A stretch of DNA of 64,000 nt from an uncultured Chloroflexia bacterium (lineage in GTDB: Bacteria > Chloroflexota > Dehalococcoidia > GIF9 > UBA5629): contig CAVVVB010000017.1 of assembly GCA_963751585.1 (NCBI GenBank), positions 28,993-92,992 of the forward strand, in the 5' to 3' direction. Below, one piece after another: positions 27,057-34,777 of the stretch. The position numbers and the translations under genes were made by a program. The first letter of the stretch is position 1; each line of letters opens with the position of its first letter. Under the pieces are notes generated by a model. The model was not told the origin of the DNA. It ran no database searches and saw only the letters and a program-made list of their open reading frames with translations.

Positions 27057-27905
27057 ATGAGAAACCACGCATTATCATTATTTACCAAATCGCCCCAGCC
27101 GGGAACGACCAAGACGCGTCTAACTCGGAAGTACGGAGGCTCACTTAGTGACGAGGAAGCGGCCGATTTTTACAGGGCAACAATGCTTGACGTTGCGGCT
27201 GCTGCGTTTCGCGCACTGGAGCTATGCCGTAAGACGGCGGCTGATGAAAACAGGATGGATAAATATGACTTTTGCGTCTCGTGTTCGCCTGAAAGCGAAA
27301 AACCCAGACTCGAGAAGATCTTCCAGGAAGAGTGCTCAAATGAGGCCAATATTCGCTATATAGTTGATAACGGGCAGAATTTTAATGAGCATTTCAATAA
27401 CCACTACCAGCAATTATTCCGGCAAGGATACCATTCAGTTGTATGTATCGGCGGTGATTTGCCTACTATATCGCCTGAATTTATACATAACGCGTTCCAA
27501 TGGCTTGATTATATGGGAACAGGGTCGGAAAGAGGCGCAATGGTAATTGCCCCCTGCCAGGCAGCCGGTGTATCGCTGGTTGGATTAACGGCAGCCGCAC
27601 CAATGGATTTTGCCGGTGTATTCTACAATATGCAGGGTGTACCGGCTCTGGAAGCCATAATCAAGACAGCTGCAGAGCGACAGATACCTACATCAGTGCT
27701 TGAAACCCAGGCTGATGTGGATACCATGGAAGATCTAGCACATACTATTGCACTAATAAACGCGCTGAAGTATGCTAGCCTTTTTTCACCTGGTAAGTTC
27801 GTCCCCGCGCGCACGCTCGCATGGATACAAGAGCGGGGGCTTGTTGTACATACTCCGCCAAATGAAGAACACGACCCAAGAGGCACAATTGATGGTCAAG
27901 ATTGA
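27057..27905 (+). CDS. DUF2064 / TIGR04282-like nucleotidyl/glycosyl-transferase-like protein
   Basis: The N-terminal LSLFTKSPQPGTTKTRLT matches the DUF2064 signature (aK.P.pG.vKTRL) as I recall it. Confidence 0.6.
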   Translation: MRNHALSLFTKSPQPGTTKTRLTRKYGGSLSDEEAADFYRATMLDVAAAAFRALELCRKTAADENRMDKYDFCVSCSPESEKPRLEKIFQEECSNEANIRYIVDNGQNFNEHFNNHYQQLFRQGYHSVVCIGGDLPTISPEFIHNAFQWLDYMGTGSERGAMVIAPCQAAGVSLVGLTAAAPMDFAGVFYNMQGVPALEAIIKTAAERQIPTSVLETQADVDTMEDLAHTIALINALKYASLFSPGKFVPARTLAWIQERGLVVHTPPNEEHDPRGTIDGQD

Positions 27906-28875
27906 AATAGACATAGAACGATGCAGGGGCTGCGGTACTTGCGCGGACTTTTGCCCGACATCTGTTTTTGAGCTTTCGGAAATAAACGGACACAAGGTCA
28001 GTTCCGCTGCACGTATTGACGATTGCTGCGCCTGTAACACCTGCGCAGGGCAATGTCCGCAGGGGGCGATACTACTGACGGATGCGATTTCAGAGAGGGA
28101 ATGCCTGGACAGCATCAGTACCGGAGCTCCTGCTACCCCTCTGGATAACGAGGAGCGTGAAAGCTATGGCAAGCTTTCGAAATTACTTGTGGATATATTG
28201 GGCTTGCGTTGGAGTCCTGTTGCCGTTACCCTTATATCCAAAGACACAGCACTACCCAACGTTCCGCTGCCACGCAGCCGGTTGCGCTATTGCCAGGCAT
28301 TGATGATGGCTCGCCGGGGCAAGACTTTGCTGATGCCGCCTCAAGTTCATGCCTGCCCCGATGGTATGTATATCCTGGGACTAACCAGTGCTTCTCCCAA
28401 GCTTGCCACTGGGGAAATATATATCAAGTTTGGCAAACTGGCGTCTATTGAAGCGGCGCGCCAGATGATTGCCGAGCGTCCTCATCTGCCTGAAAAATCG
28501 GTAAAGGCCACGCTTGTATCACCACTGGAAAAGGCTGTTATAAAACCGGATGTTGTAGTGGTTGTGGCTCCGCCGGAAAGCATGATGTGGTTATGTATGG
28601 CATCTTCTTTTTATACGGGTAAGCGTTTTGAGTTCAAGGTAAGTGGTTATAACTCACAATGCATAGAAGCTACGCTGTACCCTTATACAACAGGCGATAT
28701 AAACATATCTCTGGGGTGCTATGGCTGCCGCGCTGCTTCAGATATAGGTGACGATATGATGTTTATGGGGATACCTTTAGCTAAATTAGGCTCGTTGGTA
28801 AGTGGACTGGAGCAATTGGGTAAAAAGGCTATTCCAGACTCTCGCATGAAAATCTATTTGCCGCCGTTGGTTTAA
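27892..28875 (+). CDS. 2x[4Fe-4S] ferredoxin domain fused to a DUF169 domain
   Basis: CRGCGTCADFCP and CCACNTCAGQCP, then DUF169-like WSPVAVTL...RYCQALMMAR...ACPDG...GCYGCR. The start at MVKIEID overlaps the upstream gene by 14 nt. Confidence 0.65.
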   Translation: MVKIEIDIERCRGCGTCADFCPTSVFELSEINGHKVSSAARIDDCCACNTCAGQCPQGAILLTDAISERECLDSISTGAPATPLDNEERESYGKLSKLLVDILGLRWSPVAVTLISKDTALPNVPLPRSRLRYCQALMMARRGKTLLMPPQVHACPDGMYILGLTSASPKLATGEIYIKFGKLASIEAARQMIAERPHLPEKSVKATLVSPLEKAVIKPDVVVVVAPPESMMWLCMASSFYTGKRFEFKVSGYNSQCIEATLYPYTTGDINISLGCYGCRAASDIGDDMMFMGIPLAKLGSLVSGLEQLGKKAIPDSRMKIYLPPLV

Positions 28876-29070
28876 CCGATGAAAAATCACCAGCTTTTAG
28901 ATGCCAGACCGTTATCACAAAGTCACGGTCACCTCACACTTTTTGCAAATTCTTACTATTAATGCGATAATATTTTTCAAGAGGAGTAATTAAAGACCTC
29001 CTGCCTAGTTAACAGTTAGCTTCGGGCTTTAACTAGGAAATGAATCTGGGACAAGTAAAAATATTCAGCT

Positions 29071-29115
29071 TGCCTTCCAAGCAGGCTGTCGCGGGTTCGA
29101 GTCCCGTCTCCCGCT
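29071..29115 (+). repeat. attR-like core: orphan copy of the 3' 45 nt of tRNA-Gly
   Basis: Identical to 2400-2444. The upstream sequence is not tRNA-like, and TTTTTT follows instead of CCA. Confidence 0.85.
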
Positions 29116-29317
29116 TTTTTGACCTCTAGAGTTCCTGCTTTTTCTGAGCATACGTTCTAAAGGTAGGTTTTAGAAGTCCTGCTTATTTCCGCATCGATCG
29201 CACGAGTCAAATATCATGTGTAAGGACATCAGCAATAATAAAGGTTTCGTTATTCCTATCCTTAACTGTATATTTCGTCGCCTAGAGTGCATATCAATAT
29301 TGCACTTGTGGGTGCAT

Positions 29318-29878
29318 ATGAAGAAGGGCCGGAGGCAATCACGCATTTTGGTCGATCACTATGTTTCTTGTTGGTTTATCGCCAGCATAGCTTTCATATT
29401 GATCTTCTACCATTGGCGCTCTTTTACCGGCAATTGTTGGCTGTATAACGGTTTCATCTGCCTAATCCTTTTGCTTGCGATATGGAGGTTTGTTGATATT
29501 ATCCAGGCGTGGTGGAATCGCTATTTTGTTACTCCTTTTGTAGCTAGTGCACCGAGAAACATTATTCTCACGTTTGTAAACTATTGGGAGATAATAATTG
29601 TATTCGCCATCGTGGGCTTGTTTTTTAATCTTGATCCATATTACCCTCCCAGAGGTGCTGGGGGGAGCGATTGGGCGATTATGACTGCTTGGCGTGAAAG
29701 CTTACGCATCGCCACCCCGTTGGGCCTCACCCGGGAACCACCTCCTTTATGGCCGGGTACCTTGTTCTATGTCGAATACGCCTTCGGACTCGGCTTCCTT
29801 GCGGTGTTCATCAGTGTGGTATTATCGTACCTGCGTAATGGAGGGGAGAGATCCCATCCAAATGGTGGGAGGTCTTAG
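29318..29878 (+). CDS. Hypothetical membrane protein
   Basis: Four to five hydrophobic segments and no recognisable motif. The start is taken at MKKGRRQ. Confidence 0.4.
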   Translation: MKKGRRQSRILVDHYVSCWFIASIAFILIFYHWRSFTGNCWLYNGFICLILLLAIWRFVDIIQAWWNRYFVTPFVASAPRNIILTFVNYWEIIIVFAIVGLFFNLDPYYPPRGAGGSDWAIMTAWRESLRIATPLGLTREPPPLWPGTLFYVEYAFGLGFLAVFISVVLSYLRNGGERSHPNGGRS

Positions 29879-30081
29879 ATGAAGACTGACCGTTCCCTGG
29901 AGGTGAGACGTGACAAAGATTGCAGATTCCCATTATCATCGCGGTTCGAGAAAGTCAACCAGATGCACCTGCATAGCATCGACCTGACGTCACATCCTTT
30001 GCATTTCTTCTAACGAAAGGTTATTCTACTACATAAATTCGCTGCTGGCACTCAATGATGAACTGTAATGAAGGAGGCAAG

Positions 30082-31335
30082 ATGAGGAAAATAGCGATCG
30101 CAACGATTACCGCGGCAATCCTGACAGCTGTACTTGTGGGTGGTTGCGCCGGACCTGCCGTAACTCCCCCACCATCAACACCGACACCGTCTGCACCCGC
30201 AGCACAACAGACACTAAATATCGGAGTGGTAAGTCCTTTAACCGGACCGATGGCAGATCTTGGTACCAACATGAAGAACGGGATACTGATGGCCATCGAT
30301 GACCAAAATCAGCAGGGCGGCGTTACCATCGGCGGGCAGAAATATGTGCTAAATGGCATCGTTCGTGACAGCAAGGCCGATCTTGTTGTCTCCAAAAGTA
30401 TTGCAGAGGAGCTAGTATTTGACAAGAAAGTGATAGCCATTGGCGGGCCTTTTATGGGGGATGCAATAGGTGTTCAAACTGTTACCGAACCGAACAAGGT
30501 CATAGCCTTCTTTCTTGTCGCCATAATTAAAGGGATAGTTGGCCCAAATAAGCCATATTCTTTCTTCTACGGTCAAGGCCCGCTTTCAGAAATGCTCCTG
30601 ACAAGCGCGTATACGCAGAAATTCTACCCCGAAGCCAAAACTATTGTCTCCATCATAGTTGACGTAGCCGACCTTCCGGTCTTCGCCGATGCCGCAAAAT
30701 CCATGGGAGAACGATACGGCTTAAACTGGCTGGGTTATGAGAGGTGCCCCATAACCACGACCGACTTCACTCCAATAATTTCACGTGTGCTTGAGAAGAA
30801 ACCGGATATCGTAGATACCAGCAACGTGGGGGGCGATATGGGAGGCCTGTGCGCTTCCTTAATAAAGCAGTTGCGGCAGGCGGGCTTCAACGGCATTATT
30901 TGGGTACCTGCTCCTCCTCCCCCAGGCGTATTTCAGGAGGTGATTCCGAAAGAACAATTAAACAAGATTGTCGATCTTTCCATAAATCTGGACAGTCCTA
31001 TAGTAGCACAGGCCTACCGGGATTTGGGCAAGCGGTATGAGAAGGAATACAACCAGACTCCGGCTCCAGTGATTGCCATGGCATACGACCCGGTCAAGAG
31101 TTTTTTCCAGTTTCTCAACACTCAGAATACCCTGGACACCACGGCATGGATGGAGGGATTTGCGAACTACCACTGGCAGGGAATATGGGGCAAGGAAGCG
31201 TTTTGGGTAGGCAAGCCACTATATGGAATTAACCGCATCCTTCTTGGATCCCGCTGGGTCTCGGAATGGACAAATGGCCAACTCGATACCAAGTGGGAGG
31301 CGCCTCTTCCTCTAGAACTGTGGGTAGAGCAATAG
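30082..31335 (+). CDS. ABC-type (LivK/PBP1-like) solute-binding lipoprotein, paralogue 1
   Basis: RBS GAAGGAGG. Lipobox LVGG|CAGP and a Pro/Thr linker, followed by LNIGVVSPLTGPMADLG...AIDDQNQQGGVTIGGQKY. Confidence 0.85.
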   Translation: MRKIAIATITAAILTAVLVGGCAGPAVTPPPSTPTPSAPAAQQTLNIGVVSPLTGPMADLGTNMKNGILMAIDDQNQQGGVTIGGQKYVLNGIVRDSKADLVVSKSIAEELVFDKKVIAIGGPFMGDAIGVQTVTEPNKVIAFFLVAIIKGIVGPNKPYSFFYGQGPLSEMLLTSAYTQKFYPEAKTIVSIIVDVADLPVFADAAKSMGERYGLNWLGYERCPITTTDFTPIISRVLEKKPDIVDTSNVGGDMGGLCASLIKQLRQAGFNGIIWVPAPPPPGVFQEVIPKEQLNKIVDLSINLDSPIVAQAYRDLGKRYEKEYNQTPAPVIAMAYDPVKSFFQFLNTQNTLDTTAWMEGFANYHWQGIWGKEAFWVGKPLYGINRILLGSRWVSEWTNGQLDTKWEAPLPLELWVEQ

Positions 31336-31372
31336 CGGAACCCCTGATCTTGTTTTAAGGAGGAATTTGTTG

Positions 31373-32617
31373 ATGAACAGAGTTTTACTGGGTGTGATAA
31401 CGATAGTCCTTTTAACCAGCATAGTTCTTGTAGGCTGCGCTAAACCGGCAGCGTCCACAGTCCCAACTCCTGCCCCAGCAGCCAAGACTTTGAATATCGG
31501 AGTTGCTACTCCGCTAACCGGGCCCGCCGCTATGCTTGGTAACAATATGCAAAATGCCGCGTTAATTGCTATAGACGACCAGAATAAGCAAGGCGGAGTC
31601 ACCATCGCCGGCGAAAAATACACGTTAAATCCCCTTGCCCGTGACACCAAAGGAGACCTTCTGGTCGGCAAGTCTATTACCGAGGAGATGGTATTCAACA
31701 ACGGCGTAAAAGCCATCGCGGGACCTTTTCTGGGTGATGCCATAGGTGTACAATCGGTAACTGAGCCAAATAAAATAATATTGTTCGCCGTTGCTCCCTT
31801 GATACTAAGCATGACAGGTCCAAATAAGCCATATACTTTCTTTTTCGGTGGGCCTCATCCTCAGATGTTTAACAACGGCGCTTCTTACATTGCCAAGTAT
31901 TACCCTAATGCCAAAACGGTTGTTACCATGGCTCCTGATGAAGCTCAGTTGCCCTCATTTTTGGATGCGGTTCAGGTGATATGTAAAATCTACGGCCTTA
32001 ATTGGTTGGGCGTTGAGAAGTTTCCTTTTGAAACCAAGGACTTTATGCCTTTTATTTCCCGTGTGCTGGCAAAGAACCCTGACATCATAGATACCAACTT
32101 CACGGGAGGCGATCTTGGGGCATTGGCTGCCCTCTTGGTAAAGCAGTTACGTGAAGCCGGATTCAAGGGAATTATTTGGATGGCAGCTCCTCCCCCACCA
32201 GGTGCAATTGAAGAGGTCGTGCCCTTAAAGTACCAGGACGGGATTGTAACTAATGATGTAAACCCAGCGTCTCCGATCGTGAGTGCTGCCTATCGTGACC
32301 TGTATAACAGGTACCTACAAAAATTCGGTTCCCCACCAATTGATGTTGTTTCGCAACTTTACAACGTTCTCAAGCCTTTCTTCGAATTCTTGAATACGCA
32401 GAATACAATGGACACCACCGCGTGGATGGAAGGCTTCGCGCAATACCACTGGCAGGGCATCTATGGGAAAGAGGCCGAATGGATAGGAAAGCCGATTTAC
32501 GGAATCGACAGGGAGGCTTACCGGCCTGATTGGGCTTCCATTTATAAAGATGGAAAGATGGAGACTGTTTGGGAGGCACCTATTCCCCCTGGCATTTTTG
32601 CCACACCCACCCAGTGA
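31373..32617 (+). CDS. LivK-like solute-binding lipoprotein, paralogue 2
   Basis: Lipobox LVG|CAKP, then LNIGVATPLTGPAAMLG...AIDDQNKQGGVTIAGEKY. About 80% identical to the 52577..53818 product. Confidence 0.85.
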   Translation: MNRVLLGVITIVLLTSIVLVGCAKPAASTVPTPAPAAKTLNIGVATPLTGPAAMLGNNMQNAALIAIDDQNKQGGVTIAGEKYTLNPLARDTKGDLLVGKSITEEMVFNNGVKAIAGPFLGDAIGVQSVTEPNKIILFAVAPLILSMTGPNKPYTFFFGGPHPQMFNNGASYIAKYYPNAKTVVTMAPDEAQLPSFLDAVQVICKIYGLNWLGVEKFPFETKDFMPFISRVLAKNPDIIDTNFTGGDLGALAALLVKQLREAGFKGIIWMAAPPPPGAIEEVVPLKYQDGIVTNDVNPASPIVSAAYRDLYNRYLQKFGSPPIDVVSQLYNVLKPFFEFLNTQNTMDTTAWMEGFAQYHWQGIYGKEAEWIGKPIYGIDREAYRPDWASIYKDGKMETVWEAPIPPGIFATPTQ

Positions 32618-32730
32618 GACGTTCCACGAGGTATTTGGTTAAAAGCACGAATGGATCGGCTCGGCCTGTTGCCCCATATGTTAATCAGCTATTTTGGCTA
32701 GGTCCAGGGGGATATTGCCGCGCACTGTAT

Positions 32731-33159
32731 TTATTGGATTTTCTTTGCGTAAACCTTAAATACGACGTGCCCCAGCCCGCCACGCTTGATACCCGGGTCA
32801 AGACATTCGGCCCCAGACCACATACCTCCGTTAGGATCCAGGCCCTCCACCATTCTATCCCAAAACCCGACTATAAGGTTGGCAATAGGGCCAAGAGCTC
32901 TGACACACAGGGGACAGTCTGACTCCTCAGCTATCAGTACGGCCGGAAACGTATTAAAGACATATTTCTGGCCGACTTTTAATCCCGCGCCGCAGTATTT
33001 GGACTCAATAACTTCGGCAATTATCCTGTACTTCATGAGCTCCGGGATGCGCTCGGCAAGCTTGCGGTTCTGGGCGTGACTCATATGACTTTGAAAATCC
33101 TCATCGCTGATGCCAAACTGCTGTTTCATTATTTGCTTGATCATCTCTTCTTGTGCCAT
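32731..33159 (-). CDS. Small Cys-containing protein, TIGR04076-like
   Basis: The pattern C..G.KVGQKYVF...CPLC...ECLDPG...GGLGHVVFKV resembles TIGR04076 (C..eGq.f...C...CnDG.RPViFkl), recalled from memory. Confidence 0.4.
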   Translation of the reverse strand: MAQEEMIKQIMKQQFGISDEDFQSHMSHAQNRKLAERIPELMKYRIIAEVIESKYCGAGLKVGQKYVFNTFPAVLIAEESDCPLCVRALGPIANLIVGFWDRMVEGLDPNGGMWSGAECLDPGIKRGGLGHVVFKVYAKKIQ

Positions 33160-33403
33160 CTATTCTCCCTCCGCGTATTTTCTCTATGTTCTTAGCAAAG
33201 TAATCCTCAGATTGCCGCTTATCTCCAAATTTCTGGAAAACGCAATGATATTACCAAAATCTTCGCCACTTCTACAAGTTGTTGAGCAATGGATAAATGA
33301 AAAGATATTCGTATCACTTCATAGCTTTCACAACTCTGGCACAAAGATTTGTCAACCGACCGGTTACGAACAAAGAGCAAGGATCGTGACAAACTTAATT
33401 CAT

Positions 33404-33433
33404 TTGACAGAGATAACAATAGTATTGTAGATT
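33404..33433 (+). promoter_or_regulatory. Sigma70-like promoter (TTGACA-18-TAGATT)
   Basis: TTGACA at 33404-33409 and TAGATT at 33428-33433, about 75 nt upstream of the 33510 start. Confidence 0.45.
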
Positions 33434-33509
33434 TTCTACCAACCCAAAACAATATCAACTCGCGAATTCCATCCTTTAAAATGCTCGGAGCTGAAAAAAG
33501 ATAATTGCC

Positions 33510-34751
33510 ATGTTGAACAGCCTGCTGAACGGTTTTCGGGCTCTTGATCTAACAGACGATAAAGGATTTGCCTGCGGGCAGATCTTGGCATCTCTGGGAG
33601 TCGATGTAATAAAGATTGAGAAACCCGGTGGAGAGCCAACACGAAATATACCCCCCTTCTATCATGATGACCCCGCGCCGGAGAAAAGCCTTCACTGGTT
33701 TGCTTTCAATACCGACAAAAAGAGTATTACTCTTGATCTGGAGAAGGAACGGGGGCGAGAGCTATTCAAAAAACTCGTGGCCAAAGCTGATTTCATACTG
33801 GAATCGTTCCTTCCAGGCTACATGGATGGCCTCGGGATCGGTTACGAGGCCTTAAGCCGCGTGAATAAGAGAATTATCGTGACCTCTATTACCCACTTTG
33901 GCCAGAAAGGCCCTTATAGCGGCTACAAAGGCTGTGAGATCGTAGATTCCGCTATGAGCGGAGTATTGGACAACACGGGACACCCAGACCGCCCACCGGT
34001 GAAAGAAGCCATCGGCACTATATATTTCCATGCCGGAGCGGCGGCCGCTCTCGGAACATTAATAAGCCATTACTCTCGGGAGGCTACCGGCGAGGGACAG
34101 CAGGTCGATGTTTCGATTCAGGAAGTTGCTGCCAGCCGCGCTATCCTGTGCCTGTTACCGTGGCAGTGGGATAAGCGTCTGGTAAAACGCGGTGGGCCAA
34201 TGGGACAGATCGGTTTCCGTCCCTTCAGGCATATCTGGCCGTGTAAAGACGGATACGTATACTGGATGTTCAACGGTGGGCCCATAGGCGCGCCAGCCAA
34301 TCGAGCCCTGTCCAAATGGATTGATGACGAAGGGATGGAAAACCCTCTGAGCCAGGTAACAAACTGGGAGGAACTGGACAGATCCACAATGACTCAGCAA
34401 ATGCATGATGCTTTTCAGGAAACAATCGGCAAGTTTTTCCTGCGGCGCACCAAGAAAGAGATATCCGAGGAGGGATTAAGGAGGGGGATAAACGCAGTCA
34501 TTGCCAGCGATCCCGCCGATGTCCTTTCCAACCCTCAGCTTAATGCGAGGAACTTTTGGACGGGCCTGGAACATCCGGACCTGGGGATTACACTCAAGTA
34601 TCCCAGGCACTTCTTTCTTTGCAGCGAAACGGAAAACTATGCGAGGCATCCGGCTCCCAATATCGGTCAAGCCAGCACCGAATTCTACGTCAAGGAATTG
34701 GGCTTAACTAGTAAGGAAATCGCTGAATTGAAGAAAACGGGCGTCATTTGA
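33510..34751 (+). CDS. Type III (CaiB/BaiF family) CoA-transferase, subunit/paralogue 1
   Basis: LNGFRALDLTDDKGFACGQILASLGVDVIKIEKPGG...D is the typical family III N-terminus. Confidence 0.88.
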   Translation: MLNSLLNGFRALDLTDDKGFACGQILASLGVDVIKIEKPGGEPTRNIPPFYHDDPAPEKSLHWFAFNTDKKSITLDLEKERGRELFKKLVAKADFILESFLPGYMDGLGIGYEALSRVNKRIIVTSITHFGQKGPYSGYKGCEIVDSAMSGVLDNTGHPDRPPVKEAIGTIYFHAGAAAALGTLISHYSREATGEGQQVDVSIQEVAASRAILCLLPWQWDKRLVKRGGPMGQIGFRPFRHIWPCKDGYVYWMFNGGPIGAPANRALSKWIDDEGMENPLSQVTNWEELDRSTMTQQMHDAFQETIGKFFLRRTKKEISEEGLRRGINAVIASDPADVLSNPQLNARNFWTGLEHPDLGITLKYPRHFFLCSETENYARHPAPNIGQASTEFYVKELGLTSKEIAELKKTGVI

Positions 34752-34777
34752 ATGATAAACACCGAAATGGGGAAAAT

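Larger units (their letters stand above)
2445..29070 (+). mobile_element. Putative tRNA-Gly-integrated genomic island (about 26.6 kb, no integrase recognisable)
   Basis: The block is bounded by the intact tRNA and a displaced copy of its 3' part. All recognisable genes inside are on the + strand. No int, xis or tnp-like ORF appears in the six-frame track. Confidence 0.5.

Noticed and set aside
27772-27891. The longer N-terminal extension of the ferredoxin-DUF169 ORF that the ORF track offers (start at 27772).
   Set aside because: The extension lies inside the DUF2064 gene in another frame and is Ser/Arg-rich. MVKIEIDIERCRGCG at 27892 is a typical ferredoxin N-terminus with translational coupling.
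30021-31812. Recurrent antisense ORFs over the 5' parts of the binding-protein genes (30021..30296, 31312..31812, 38629..38898, 41616..41951 and 53409..53864).
   Set aside because: They recur only because the sense genes are paralogous. They have no RBS or start context, and their translations are featureless.
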